A stretch of 64,000 bases of DNA from an uncultured Chloroflexia bacterium. Its GTDB lineage: Bacteria > Chloroflexota > Limnocylindria > Limnocylindrales > CSP1-4. The notes beneath the pieces were generated by a model. That model ran no database searches. It was not told where the DNA came from and saw only the letters and a program-made list of their open reading frames with translations. Below are positions 1 to 9,163 of the stretch, one piece after another; position 1 is the first letter of the stretch, and each line of letters starts with the position of its first letter. The translations under genes and the position numbers were made by a program. Location: NCBI GenBank assembly GCA_963698505.1, contig CAVORC010000012.1, forward strand, positions 4,590-68,589. The letters are read 5' to 3'.

Positions 1-466
1 CGGCGCCAATGACGCCCAGACCAACAAGGCCATGCTGGAGGCCGAGGCCTGGCCCGGCCCGTCGATCATCATCGCCTACAGCACCTGCATCGCCCACGGC
101 ATCGACATGTCGACGTCGATGACGCATCAGAAGGACGCGGTCAAGTCCGGCTTCTGGCCGCTCTACCGCTTCATGCCCAGCGAGTCGGCTGAAGGCCAGC
201 CCTTCAAGCTCGACTCCAAGGCGCCATCGATGCCTATCAGCGAGTTCGTGGAGTCGGAGACACGCTTCGCCATCCTCAAGCGCACGCAGCCTGAGCGGGC
301 CGCTGAGCTGGGGGCACTGGCACAGGCCGATGCCGACGAGCGCTGGCGCTACTACAGCCAGCTGGCCGATGTCCAGCGCAGCATCCCCAGCCTCGAGCAC
401 GAGCCATCGGCGGCTTCGGTCGATGGCCCGGATGCCGGCAGCAACGGGAAGGGAGACTCCAAGTGA
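1..466 (+). CDS. Pyruvate:ferredoxin (flavodoxin) oxidoreductase, C-terminal part (5' truncated by the window edge)
   Basis: The track ORF ending at 466 translates to ...IIAYSTCIAHGIDMSTSMTHQKDAVKSGFWPLYRF..., the conserved C-terminal TPP/Fe-S region of PFOR (NifJ/Por). The reading frame is open to position 1. Confidence 0.85.
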   Translation, partial: GANDAQTNKAMLEAEAWPGPSIIIAYSTCIAHGIDMSTSMTHQKDAVKSGFWPLYRFMPSESAEGQPFKLDSKAPSMPISEFVESETRFAILKRTQPERAAELGALAQADADERWRYYSQLADVQRSIPSLEHEPSAASVDGPDAGSNGKGDSK

Positions 467-1491
467 ACGTCGATCTCAGCACCCGCTACCTGGGGCTCGA
501 GCTTCGCTCACCGATCGTGGCCTCGGCCTGCCCGCTCACCCGCGACCTCGCCGCGGTCGCCCAGATCGAGAGCGCGGGGGCTGGCGCCATCGTCATGCCC
601 TCGCTCTTCGAGGAGGAGATCGAGAACGAGGAGATCGAGCTGGCGGCGTCCCTCGACCAGGGCACCGACCACTTCGCCGAAGCGCTCGACTACTTCCCCG
701 AGGTGGACACCTTCATCGGTGAAGGCGACCGCTACCTGCGCGCCCTCGAGGCCATCAAGAAGCAGGCATCGGTGCCGGTCATCGGCAGCCTCAACGCCAA
801 CTCGGTCGGTGGCTGGGTCCGCTTCGCCAAGCTCATGGCCGACGCCGGCGCCGACGCGCTGGAGCTGAACCTCTACCGCGTCAGCGTCGACCGCTCTCGC
901 ACCGCCGCCGACATCGAGGACGAGGACCTCGACCTCATCGCTGCCGTGCGCTCCGCGGTCGGCCTGCCACTGGCCGTCAAGCTCAGCCCCTACTACTCGT
1001 CGCTGGCGAACTTCGCCGGCCGCGTGGTGGAGGCCGGCGCCAACGGCCTCGTGCTCTTCAACCGCTTCTACCAGCCGGACATCGATCTCGACGAGCTGGC
1101 TGTGGTGCCGCGCGTGAGCCTCTCCCACCCGTCCGAGCTGCGACTGCCGATGCGCTGGACCGCCATCCTGCGCCCGCAGCTAGGTCCGGAGGTGGGCATC
1201 GCCGCGACGTCCGGCATCCACAGCGGAGCGGACGCGGTGAAGGCGCTGATGGTCGGCGCGGACGTGGCCATGGTCGCCTCCGCCATCCTGCGCGAGGGCC
1301 CGTCCAAGATCAGCGACATCGAGTCCGAGATGCGGCTGTGGCTGGAGGAGAACGAGTACAGCTCCGTCACCCAGCTGCGCGGGTCGGCCAGCCAGGGCAG
1401 CGTGGAAGACCCGGGCACGTTCGAGCGGGCCCAGTACATCCGCACGCTCCACTCCTGGGCCGCGCCCGCCGATCGCGTCGCCCGCGCGTAA
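463..1491 (+). CDS. Dihydroorotate dehydrogenase-like protein (PFOR-associated PyrD-family flavoprotein)
   Basis: 342 aa with a TIM-barrel flavoprotein signature (GLELRSPIVASACPLT...LAVKLSPY...GANGLVLFNRF). Its start overlaps the PFOR stop (ATGA-type), a conserved pairing with PFOR in actinobacteria. Confidence 0.75.
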   Translation: MNVDLSTRYLGLELRSPIVASACPLTRDLAAVAQIESAGAGAIVMPSLFEEEIENEEIELAASLDQGTDHFAEALDYFPEVDTFIGEGDRYLRALEAIKKQASVPVIGSLNANSVGGWVRFAKLMADAGADALELNLYRVSVDRSRTAADIEDEDLDLIAAVRSAVGLPLAVKLSPYYSSLANFAGRVVEAGANGLVLFNRFYQPDIDLDELAVVPRVSLSHPSELRLPMRWTAILRPQLGPEVGIAATSGIHSGADAVKALMVGADVAMVASAILREGPSKISDIESEMRLWLEENEYSSVTQLRGSASQGSVEDPGTFERAQYIRTLHSWAAPADRVARA

Positions 1492-1654
1492 CCGGGTCCC
1501 TCAAGCCTCCAACGGGCGTCCGGCCAGCGGCGGGGCGCCCGTTTCGCGTCCCCGGGAGGCCCGCGGCGCAGGTGGCCCATGAGCCGTCCGGGTTTCTCAG
1601 GACCACCGCTCGCACGCAGGGGCGGTTCGGGCGCGCAGGCCCGGCGCTGGCCTG

Positions 1655-2095
1655 CTAGCCGTCGGACGCCAGGCCGTCGACCGAGCGCAGCACGAAGCGT
1701 GTCTCGCTCTCGGCCACGAGGCCGTGTGCCTTGAGCTCGGCGATGACGCGGTCGACCTCGGCCAGGTCGTCGAAGTGGCCCGCCAGCAGGTAATCGAAAC
1801 GGCCGGTGATGTGGTGTGCCTCGGTGATGGCGTCGTGCAGCGACAGCTCCGCCTCGAACCGTCCGGCGCGGATGCCGGGCGCGAGCTTGACGTCGACGAA
1901 GGCGTGGATGGGACGGCCCACGGCTGACCAGTCGCGGCGCAGCGAGAAGCCAGTGATGACACCATGACGCTGCAGCCGCCGCACGCGGTCTGCCACCGCA
2001 TTGGGGGAGAGGTGCACCGCTGCCGCCAGGTCACCCCAGCGCATGCGTCCATCCTTGCTGAGCACTCTGAGGATATCGCGATCGATTACGTCCAT
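1655..2095 (-). CDS. Lrp/AsnC family transcriptional regulator
   Basis: HTH (MDVIDRDILRVLSKDGRMRWGDLAAAVHLSPNAVADRVRRLQRHGVITGF) plus a C-terminal RAM domain. The start is taken at the internal Met that gives about 147 aa. It is divergent from the LysE gene. Confidence 0.85.
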   Translation of the reverse strand: MDVIDRDILRVLSKDGRMRWGDLAAAVHLSPNAVADRVRRLQRHGVITGFSLRRDWSAVGRPIHAFVDVKLAPGIRAGRFEAELSLHDAITEAHHITGRFDYLLAGHFDDLAEVDRVIAELKAHGLVAESETRFVLRSVDGLASDG

Positions 2096-2097
2096 CG

Positions 2098-2114
2098 CTG
2101 CGATTATCGCAGCA
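2098..2114. promoter_or_regulatory. Perfect 17-bp palindrome GCTGCGATTATCGCAGC in the Lrp/LysE divergent promoter region (candidate Lrp operator)
   Basis: Read directly in the sequence, immediately upstream of the Lrp start and 60 bp upstream of the LysE start. Confidence 0.4.
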
Positions 2115-2177
2115 CTTGACCGTGCGGGCGCCAGAAATGCGCGCCATTCGTGGCGTGGATCAGGCCACCATCTGGGC

Positions 2178-2810
2178 ATGGGTCCAGCCACCGTCCTCGG
2201 TTTCGCCGCGGTATCGCTCGCGCTCATCGCCGTGCCGGGTCCCAGCGTCCTCTTCGCCATCAGCCGGGCCCTGGTGGGAGGTCGTCGCGATGCCCTCCTG
2301 ACCGTGCTGGGGAACTCGGCCGGGCTGTTCGCGCAGGTCATCGCCGTGACCGTCGGCCTCGGCGTCATCCTCGGACGCGATAGCGCGGCGCAGAGCGCCC
2401 TGAGCGTGGGCGGCGCCGCCTACCTGGCCTTGCTGGGCATCAGGGCCGTTCGTCGGCGCGAGGTGGTCGTGCGACCGCACAGCGCGATCGTCGGGCGTCG
2501 GTCGATGGCGCCGCTGCGGGACGGCTTCATCATCGGTGCCAGCAACCCCAAGTCCTTTCTGTTCCTGGCCGCGCTGCTGCCAGGGTTCGTCGACGAGGGG
2601 GCCGCATCGGCCGGGCAGCAGATGCTCGCCCTGGGGGCACTCTTCTGCCTCATCGCGCTGTTGTCCGACGGCGCCTGGGCGGTCGCTGCGGCGCGTGCGC
2701 GAGATGCGCTGTCTGCGCACCCGCAGCGGCTGCGGTGGGCGTCGGTCGCCGGCGGGACGCTGATGATCGTGCTGGCCCTGCTCGTGCTGCTCGGGGGCAC
2801 CGGCCGATGA
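2178..2810 (+). CDS. LysE/RhtB family amino-acid exporter
   Basis: About 210 aa with 6 TM segments. N-terminal motif LGFAAVSLALIAVPGPSVLFAISRAL is typical of LysE/RhtB. It is divergent from the Lrp regulator, the classic arrangement. Confidence 0.8.
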   Translation: MGPATVLGFAAVSLALIAVPGPSVLFAISRALVGGRRDALLTVLGNSAGLFAQVIAVTVGLGVILGRDSAAQSALSVGGAAYLALLGIRAVRRREVVVRPHSAIVGRRSMAPLRDGFIIGASNPKSFLFLAALLPGFVDEGAASAGQQMLALGALFCLIALLSDGAWAVAAARARDALSAHPQRLRWASVAGGTLMIVLALLVLLGGTGR

Positions 2811-2847
2811 CGGCCGGGCGCCGGCTCCGGGGCGGCTACCGGGCCAG

Positions 2848-3504
2848 CTACGGCGCCAGGCGGACGATGCGCCAGCCGTCGTGCTCGCGCAGGTAGCTCA
2901 GTCGGTCGTGCATGCGGCTCCGCCGCCCCTGCCAGAACTCCAGCATCTGGGGCCGCAGGCGATAGCCGCCCCAGAACGGCGGCAACGGGACATCTGCCGG
3001 GTAGCGCGCGGCGATGCGCTCGGTCGCGGCGACCAGCTCCTCCCGCTTCATCAGTGGCTGGCCCTGCGCCGAGGCCCAGGCTGCCAGCTGGCTCTTGCGG
3101 GGCCGCGCGCTGAAGTATTCCGCGGACTCGGCCGCATCGATGGTGGATACGGAGCCCGTCACCCGTACCTGCCGCTCCAGCGTCTCCCAGTGGAACACCA
3201 GCGCGGCACGTGGATTGGCCGCCAGGTCGCGTCCCTTGAGCGACTCGCGGTTGGTGTACCAGGTGAAGCCGCGGGCATCCACGCCGCGCAGGAGCACGAT
3301 GCGTGCCGAGGGCGCACCCGCGGCACTGGCGGTCGCGAGGGTCATGGCGTTGGGCTCGCGGATCCCGGCTGCCGCGGCAGCGGCCAGCCAGGCTGCGAAC
3401 TGCCGGATGGGATCGGGATCAAGGTCGCCCTCGTCGAGGCTGCCTCGCCCGTAGTCCACGCGTCGAGCGACCGGGTCCGCCATCCGCCTGGAGGGCTCGG
3501 ACAC
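2848..3504 (-). CDS. pdxH: Pyridoxamine 5'-phosphate oxidase
   Basis: 218 aa with PdxH signatures (RIVLLRGVDARGFTWYTNRESLKGRDLAANPRAALVFHWETLERQVRVTG...FWQGRRSRMHDRLSY). Confidence 0.85.
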   Translation of the reverse strand: MSEPSRRMADPVARRVDYGRGSLDEGDLDPDPIRQFAAWLAAAAAAGIREPNAMTLATASAAGAPSARIVLLRGVDARGFTWYTNRESLKGRDLAANPRAALVFHWETLERQVRVTGSVSTIDAAESAEYFSARPRKSQLAAWASAQGQPLMKREELVAATERIAARYPADVPLPPFWGGYRLRPQMLEFWQGRRSRMHDRLSYLREHDGWRIVRLAP

Positions 3505-4113
3505 CTACGCGCCGTTCCCGGAGGCCTTGTCGTGCACCTGCTGGCGCAGGCGCCACTCGGAGGCGAGGATGCCCATGGTCAGCTCGTCCCAGCGACCTCC
3601 GTCGCGCAGGATGGCCTCGCGATGCCGTCCCTCGAGCGTGAAGCCGGCCTTCTCGTAGCTGCGGATGGCACGCGAGTTGAAGCCGAACACCGAGAGGGCC
3701 ACGCGGTGCAGGCCGATGCGCTCGAACGCCAGCCACAGCATCAGCTCGGTCGCCTCGGTGCCGTACCCCGCACCCCAGGTATCGGCTTCGCCGAGGCTGA
3801 TGTGGAAGAGCGTCGAGCCGTTGTCAGCGTCCAGGTTGCTGAAGGTGGTGGAGCCGATGAGGCGCCCACTCTGGTTGATGACGATGGCGTAGGCGACCTG
3901 CTCGGGTGACAGCAGGCGGCCGTGGAAGAAGCGGTCGATCTCGTCGACGCTCATCGGGCGCTGGGAGTAGCGCGTGAGCCGCCCCAGCTCGGGGTCGCGG
4001 TACCAGCGCCGCACATCGGCCAGGTCGTCGGGGTGATGATGGCGCAGCAGCACGCGCGAGCCACGGATGGTGGCGGGATGCCAGACCTGCCGCTGCTGCT
4101 CGACCGAGACCAT
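3505..4113 (-). CDS. GNAT family N-acetyltransferase (RimJ/RimL-like)
   Basis: About 200 aa with the acetyl-CoA binding region (HRVALSVFGFNSRAIRSYEKAGFTLEG). Start taken at the Met of MVSVEQQ. Confidence 0.7.
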   Translation of the reverse strand: MVSVEQQRQVWHPATIRGSRVLLRHHHPDDLADVRRWYRDPELGRLTRYSQRPMSVDEIDRFFHGRLLSPEQVAYAIVINQSGRLIGSTTFSNLDADNGSTLFHISLGEADTWGAGYGTEATELMLWLAFERIGLHRVALSVFGFNSRAIRSYEKAGFTLEGRHREAILRDGGRWDELTMGILASEWRLRQQVHDKASGNGA

Positions 4114-4175
4114 GGCCAGCGATGCTAGCGTAACGGCCGACCACGAGTTCCCGGCCAGCGGTAGCAAGGTGATCG

Positions 4176-5925
4176 ATGAACGCGCCAGCCTCCGGCTCGA
4201 TGACGCGCTGGGCCCAGACGGCTGAGCGCATCCGTGCCACGCGCAAGACCTCCGAGAAGAGCGCCAGCGTGGCCGAGTACCTGCGCTCGCTCGCGGGCGA
4301 CGACCTCGCCATCGCTGCCGTCTTCCTCAGCGGCCGTGCCTTTCCCGAACGCGACCAGCGCACGGCGGGCCTGGGCTGGGCGGCCATCTCCGCGATCGTG
4401 CGTGAGCTGGCCGACGCCGACGGAGATGCGATGCGTCGAGCCTACGACCGCTCGTCGGACCTGGGCACGGCCGTGGAGGAGGTGCTGACGGAGGCCGGCC
4501 ACGAGCCCACCGGTCCCACCCTTGCCCTGTCCGACGTCGCCAGCGGCTACCAGGCACTGGCGGCCGCGGCCGGCCGCGCCGCCAAGGCGGATGTCTTCGC
4601 CGGCCTGCTGCGTCGCGCCGACCCGCTCGTCGCGCGCTATGTCACCGCCATCCTCGGCGGTGAGCTGCGCATCGGCCTGCGCGAGGGCCACCTGGAGAAG
4701 GGCATCGCCGCGGCGTTCGGACGGGAGGTCGCCGCGGTGCAGTGGGCGGGCATGCTGACCGGGGACATCGGCCGCACCGCGCTGCTGGCCCGCGACGACG
4801 CGCTCGCCAGCGCCCGCCTGGTCCTGTTCCATCCGCTCAAGTCGATGCTGGCCTCGCCGGTGGTCGACGAGGCGGCGGCGCTGGCCCGCCTCAGCCCGCC
4901 GGTGTGGGTGGAGGACAAGTACGACGGCATCCGCGCCCAGCTCCACAAGCAGGCCGCGCGAGGTTCGCCTCTACAGCCGCGACCTCAACGAGGTCAGCGG
5001 CCAGTTTCCCGAGATCATCGAGGCTGCCGTCGGGCTGCCCTGGGATGGCATCCTCGATGGTGAGATCCTGGCCTGGCGCGACGGGCTGGTGCTGCCCTTC
5101 CTGGCGCTGCAGTCGCGCCTCGGCCGCAAGAAGCCGTCGGCCGCCATCCGCGCCGAGGTGCCCGTCATCTACGTGGCCTTCGACCTGCTGGCCGCTGGCT
5201 CGGACGGCCGGCCGCCCGAGCCATTGCTGCGCCAGCCCTTGCGGGAGCGCCGTCGACATCTCGAGGCGTTCGACCTCGCACGCACGCCGGGCTTCGGGCT
5301 GGCGGCGCTCGTGGACGCGGCGGATGCCGCTGAGCTCGAGCGCATCTTCGACGCCGCCCAGCAGCGGGGCAACGAGGGCCTGATGCTGAAGGACCCCGAT
5401 TCCGCATACTCGCCAGGCCGGCGTGGCTATGCCTGGCTGAAGCTGAAGAAGGCCTTGACCACGCTCGACTGCGTCGTGGTCGGCGTGGAGGTCGGCCACG
5501 GGCGCCGCCACGGCGTGCTCTCGGACTACACCGTTGCGGTGCTTGACGACCGGCCCGCAGCGGCCGATGGCGCGCTGGTGAACATCGGCAAGGCGTACAG
5601 CGGTCTGACCGATGTCGAGATCGCCCAGATGACGCGCTGGTTCGAGGCGCACACCATCAGCCGCCACGGGCGCTACCGGGTGGTGGAGCCCCGCGTCGTG
5701 GTGGAGATCGCGTTCGACGTCGTGCAGGCGTCGAAGCGGCACGCGTCGGGGTTCGCCCTGCGGTTCCCTCGCATCGTGCGCATCCGCCACGACAAGGATC
5801 CAGCCGGGATCGACCGCTGGAGCACGGTGGCTGCGCTGCAGGCGCAGCTGTCGGTGGCCGGTCGCCGGGGTGTGCTCACCGCCGGCCAGCTGGCGCCGAC
5901 GGAGCCTGGTGCGCCTGAGCGATGA
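4176..5925 (+). CDS. ATP-dependent DNA ligase, interrupted by one +1/-1 frameshift near 4953-4960
   Basis: Adenylation motif I (KYDGIRAQLHKQ) is in the ORF 4176..5063. The conserved continuation (VRLYSRDLNEVSGQFPE...LMLKDPDSAYSPGRRGYAWLKLK...) is in the next frame, in ORF 5089..5925. One indel separates them. Confidence 0.7.
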
Positions 5926-5932
5926 TGTACTC

Positions 5933-7117
5933 ATGAACCCGACCCCGGCCCCGGCGATGAGCGAGCCACCCCGCCGCTTCGATCGCGTCCGCGGCCTGCG
6001 CGACGTGCTGACGGCCACCGGTGCCGGCATCAACCTCGCGACGCACCTGGCCGGCCCCATCCCGGCCGAGACGATGGCGGCCGTGCACGAGTCCGACGAG
6101 ATGGAGCTGCGCATCGGTCGCGCTGGGCCTGATCGCGACGAGGATCTCGCCCAGCGCGAGCGCGAGGCGCGCGCCGTGGCCGCCGCCGTGCTCAAGGCGT
6201 CGCCAGAGCGCGTGGTGCTCACCCACGGCGCGCCCGAGGCCGCTCGCCTCGCTGCCCTCGAGGTGCTCGAGCGACGCGACGACGGGCCGCAGCGGGTGCT
6301 GTTGCTCAGCGGCCTCGATCGTGTCATCGCCGCAGCCATCCGTGACGTGGCCGACGTCGCCGGAGCCCAGGTGGAGGTGCTCCCCGAGGCGCCGCGAGTC
6401 CTGCCGGCCGATACGGCGCTGGTGGCGATGGCTCACGTCGATCGCGACGGGCGTCTCGCCGATGTGGCGCCGGTCGCCCGCGCGGCTCATGCCGTTGGTG
6501 CTCGCCTGCTGCTCGATGCCGGCCTGAGCGTGGGCGCGCTCCCGACCGACGTGGAGGAGCTGGGGGCGGACATCGTGGTCGCCGACGGCCATCGCTGGCT
6601 GCTGGGCCCAGACGCGGTGGCCATCGCCTGGTTCACGCCGAACCTGGGGGTGGAGGTGCCCCAGTGGCTGCGCGAGGCGTGTGCGCCGTTCGCGCGCGGC
6701 TCGCTGCTGTCGCTCGCGCGCAGCGTGGGCTGGCTGCTGATGTACGTGGAGCTGCCCTGGGCCATCGACCGCACGCTGACCCTGGCCGACCAGCTGTACG
6801 AGGATCTCGCCGACATCGACGGCGTGGAGTTGATGGCCTCGCCGGCGGCCCACGGGGCCATCGCCGCCTTCCGCGTCGCCGGTTGGGACGCGGAATCGGT
6901 GGCCGACGAGCTGAGCCGCAGCGTCTTCGCCATCGTCGAGGCCGACAGCGAGAGCGACCTCGTGCGCGTCAGCGTGGCTGCCTGGAACCGCGAGCGCGAG
7001 CTGGAGCAATTCGCCGAGCGTCTCTCCGAGATCGCCGCTCACTCACCCGAGACCCTGCCTCGCCGGCCCTCGCTGACGGTCATCAGCGGACCCATCGACC
7101 CAGAGGAGGGCGCGTGA
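5933..7117 (+). CDS. Aminotransferase class V-fold PLP-dependent enzyme, possibly inactive (expected PLP lysine appears replaced)
   Basis: 394 aa with cysteine-desulfurase-like fold motifs. The region corresponding to the SGHK(x)GP PLP-lysine motif reads ADGHRWLLGP, i.e. Lys to Arg. Confidence 0.5.
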   Translation: MNPTPAPAMSEPPRRFDRVRGLRDVLTATGAGINLATHLAGPIPAETMAAVHESDEMELRIGRAGPDRDEDLAQREREARAVAAAVLKASPERVVLTHGAPEAARLAALEVLERRDDGPQRVLLLSGLDRVIAAAIRDVADVAGAQVEVLPEAPRVLPADTALVAMAHVDRDGRLADVAPVARAAHAVGARLLLDAGLSVGALPTDVEELGADIVVADGHRWLLGPDAVAIAWFTPNLGVEVPQWLREACAPFARGSLLSLARSVGWLLMYVELPWAIDRTLTLADQLYEDLADIDGVELMASPAAHGAIAAFRVAGWDAESVADELSRSVFAIVEADSESDLVRVSVAAWNRERELEQFAERLSEIAAHSPETLPRRPSLTVISGPIDPEEGA

Positions 7118-7162
7118 GCGAGCCGCCGCCGAAGGAGGGCGCGTGAGCGAGCCGCCGCCGAA
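7105..7162. repeat. 2 x 29-bp perfect tandem duplication (GGAGGGCGCGTGAGCGAGCCGCCGCCGAA). It spans the stop of the aminotransferase gene and the RBS/GTG start of the next gene and creates a 10-codon mini-ORF (VSEPPPKEGA*)
   Basis: Read directly in the sequence. Confidence 0.85.
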
Positions 7163-7541
7163 ACGCGAGGTTCGCCAGCGCTCGGAGCTGGAGATCCGTT
7201 GGCGGCAGGCCCGCAACGCCCCACCGCCGGTGGTGCGTGCCGTGCTGGCCAACGTGGCTGTCGCGTTCGTCGGCGGCATCGTGCTGCTGATCAGCGACTG
7301 GCTCGCCAGCGGCGGCGCGCTGCCGGCGTGGATGCTGGACCTTGGGCCACTCGTCTACGTGGCGGTCGTCATCGTCAGCGGCACCATCTTCACCTACCTG
7401 TGGGTCGAGCTGCCCACGGGCGTGCCCGGGGAGAAGCGGCGCTCCCCGTGGGCGGGTGTGCTGGGCTTCTTCGCCAGCATCCCCATCGTCTACCTCGCGC
7501 TGGTGGTCATCTTCGAGATCCTGCGCCCGCTCTTGCCGTAG
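7143..7541 (+). CDS. Small integral membrane protein (hypothetical, 3 TM)
   Basis: 132-aa ORF with hydrophobic segments (VAVAFVGGIVLLISDWL; LVYVAVVIVSGTIFTYLWV; IPIVYLALVVIFEIL). No recognisable family. Confidence 0.45.
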   Translation: MSEPPPKREVRQRSELEIRWRQARNAPPPVVRAVLANVAVAFVGGIVLLISDWLASGGALPAWMLDLGPLVYVAVVIVSGTIFTYLWVELPTGVPGEKRRSPWAGVLGFFASIPIVYLALVVIFEILRPLLP

Positions 7542-7886
7542 GCACGTGGCTTGCTGCAGTCGCTGTGGCAGCGTCGTTGCCGTCGCCGGGCCCCGGCCCG
7601 CGTCCAGCACCCCATATGTCCATGGCGACTCACCTGGCCACGGGAGTGCGCAACACTGTCCGATCGATGCCGCGCCTGACTCGCCGGACACTTCGCTTGG
7701 CCGTTCGAGTCACGTTCGCCACTCACTCGACCAGCAGACTCCTGCCAGGCTGCCTCCCGCTGGCCGGGTGAGTCGCGGGGCGCATCACCAGGTGCTGCAT
7801 CGACCTGCGGCCTCGCCGTGTCGAGGCCCGGTGCTAGCATCGTGTCGGGTTCGGCCACTGGTCGGCCCGGCGACAGCCCTCCCGGA

Positions 7887-7962
7887 GGGGGAGTAGCTCA
7901 ACGGTTAGAGCGGTCGGCTTATATCCGACTGGTTCCAGGTTCGAGTCCTGGCTCCCCTACCA
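7887..7962 (+). tRNA. tRNA with anticodon TAT (Ile, reads AUA). Clean 76-nt cloverleaf with encoded CCA
   Basis: Manual fold: acceptor GGGGGAG/CTCCCCT, D-arm GCTC-AACGGTTA-GAGC, anticodon stem GTCGG/CCGAC with loop CTTATAT, T-arm CCAGG-TTCGAGT-CCTGG, discriminator A, CCA. Confidence 0.8.
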
Positions 7963-8041
7963 CCCTCGCGATGGCGGACACACGAAGGCCGCGCGGCCGA
8001 CCCCGTGAAGGGCCGACGCGCGCGGCGAGGAGGAGGACTCG

Positions 8042-8068
8042 GCCGGCCGCCTCGAGGGCGGCCGGCCC
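8042..8068. terminator. GC-rich palindromic hairpin (GGCCGGCCGCC-TCGA-GGCGGCCGGCC), bidirectional terminator between the tRNA and the convergent ABC binding-protein gene
   Basis: Perfect inverted repeat seen in the sequence, located between two convergent transcription units. Confidence 0.5.
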
Positions 8069-8086
8069 AGGCTCACGTGGTTGCCG

Positions 8087-9067
8087 CTACTGGCAGTTGG
8101 GGCTCGTGCCCGGCTCCACCGGTGCGAACTGGTAGTAGTCGCACGCGTTCTCCGGGGTGATCAGCACCATGTCGATGGACTGCTTCTCCGACAGTTCGGT
8201 GCTGCCGCCCGCCTGGATCCAGGCGTCGGCCTGCTCCGCGGCTGCGATGGCCATGGCCGCGACCGGCTGCAGCGAGGTCGCCTTCAGCTCACCAGCGTTG
8301 ATGGAGATGATGGCCTCATCGCTGCCGTCGAAGCCGGCCACGATGATCTCAGGCTTGCCGGCCGCCATGACCGCGGCCTGTGCGCCGAGTGCCATGGTGT
8401 CGTTGCCGGCGATGATGCCCTTGACGTCCGGGTACTGCTGGAGCAGCTGCTCGGTGATCTGGAAGCCTTCGTCCTGGCTCCAGTTGGCGGTCTGCTGGGC
8501 GACCATCTCCAGGCCGTCCATCGAGTCGAGGACGTCGTGATAGCCGTCGCTGCGGACGTGCGCGTTGGTATCGGTGTCACGACCGGTCAGCTCGATGTAC
8601 GTGCCCTCCTCGCCCATCAGCTCGGCCCAGTACTCGGCCAGGATGGTGGCACCCTGGTAGTTGTTCGAGACGATCTGGGCCACGGCCACGCCATCCTGCG
8701 TGATCTCGCGGTCGACGAGGAAGCTGCCTACGCCGGCGTCGGCTGCGGCCTGTACCGCCGCAACGCTGGCGTCAGCGCCCGCGTTGTCGAGGATGATGGC
8801 GAGGGCTCCGTCCGAGACGCAGGTCTCGAAGAAGTCGTTCTGGGCGACGGCGTCGTCGTTGTGGACGAGGCGGCTGGTGGTGTACCCCAGCTCCTCGGCC
8901 TTGTCGGCGGCGATCTGCTGCATGGCGCCGAAGAAGGGGTTCTCCACGCCCGGCACGATCACGCAGATCAGGCCCTTGCTGTCCTGCGCCGAAGCGACGG
9001 CGCCCGTCGAGGCCGTGATGGCGAGGGCTGCGCCCATGGCCATCGCGACATGCTTCTTGTTGAACAT
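8087..9067 (-). CDS. Sugar ABC transporter substrate-binding protein (ribose/monosaccharide-binding, RbsB-like periplasmic binding protein)
   Basis: Signal peptide (MFNKKHVAMAMGAALAITASTGAVASA) plus a type-I periplasmic binding fold (GLICVIVPGVENPFF...IAGNDTMALGA). A GGAGG RBS precedes the ATG. Confidence 0.85.
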   Translation of the reverse strand: MFNKKHVAMAMGAALAITASTGAVASAQDSKGLICVIVPGVENPFFGAMQQIAADKAEELGYTTSRLVHNDDAVAQNDFFETCVSDGALAIILDNAGADASVAAVQAAADAGVGSFLVDREITQDGVAVAQIVSNNYQGATILAEYWAELMGEEGTYIELTGRDTDTNAHVRSDGYHDVLDSMDGLEMVAQQTANWSQDEGFQITEQLLQQYPDVKGIIAGNDTMALGAQAAVMAAGKPEIIVAGFDGSDEAIISINAGELKATSLQPVAAMAIAAAEQADAWIQAGGSTELSEKQSIDMVLITPENACDYYQFAPVEPGTSPNCQ

Positions 9068-9163
9068 CCGTTCCTCCACTTTGCTCACTCGGCGGCCGGA
9101 TCGTCCGTTCCGCTCGATTGACTCCTCGGGTCTCTCAAGAACGTCCTCCTCGCACTCCTCCTT

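Noticed and set aside
4891-6339. 482-aa minus-strand ORF, and other long antisense ORFs (5876..7042, 8081..9121, 9203..10615, 10222..12165, 53628..56753, 57725..59536)
   Set aside because: All lie opposite genes with clear family signatures. They are Arg/Ala/Gly-rich and motif-free, as expected for GC3-skewed antisense frames.
7541-7886. Possible small RNA or promoter in the 345-bp spacer upstream of the tRNA
   Set aside because: Only weak -10-like hexamers (TAGCAT) were found, with no convincing -35 spacing or secondary structure. This is insufficient to call.
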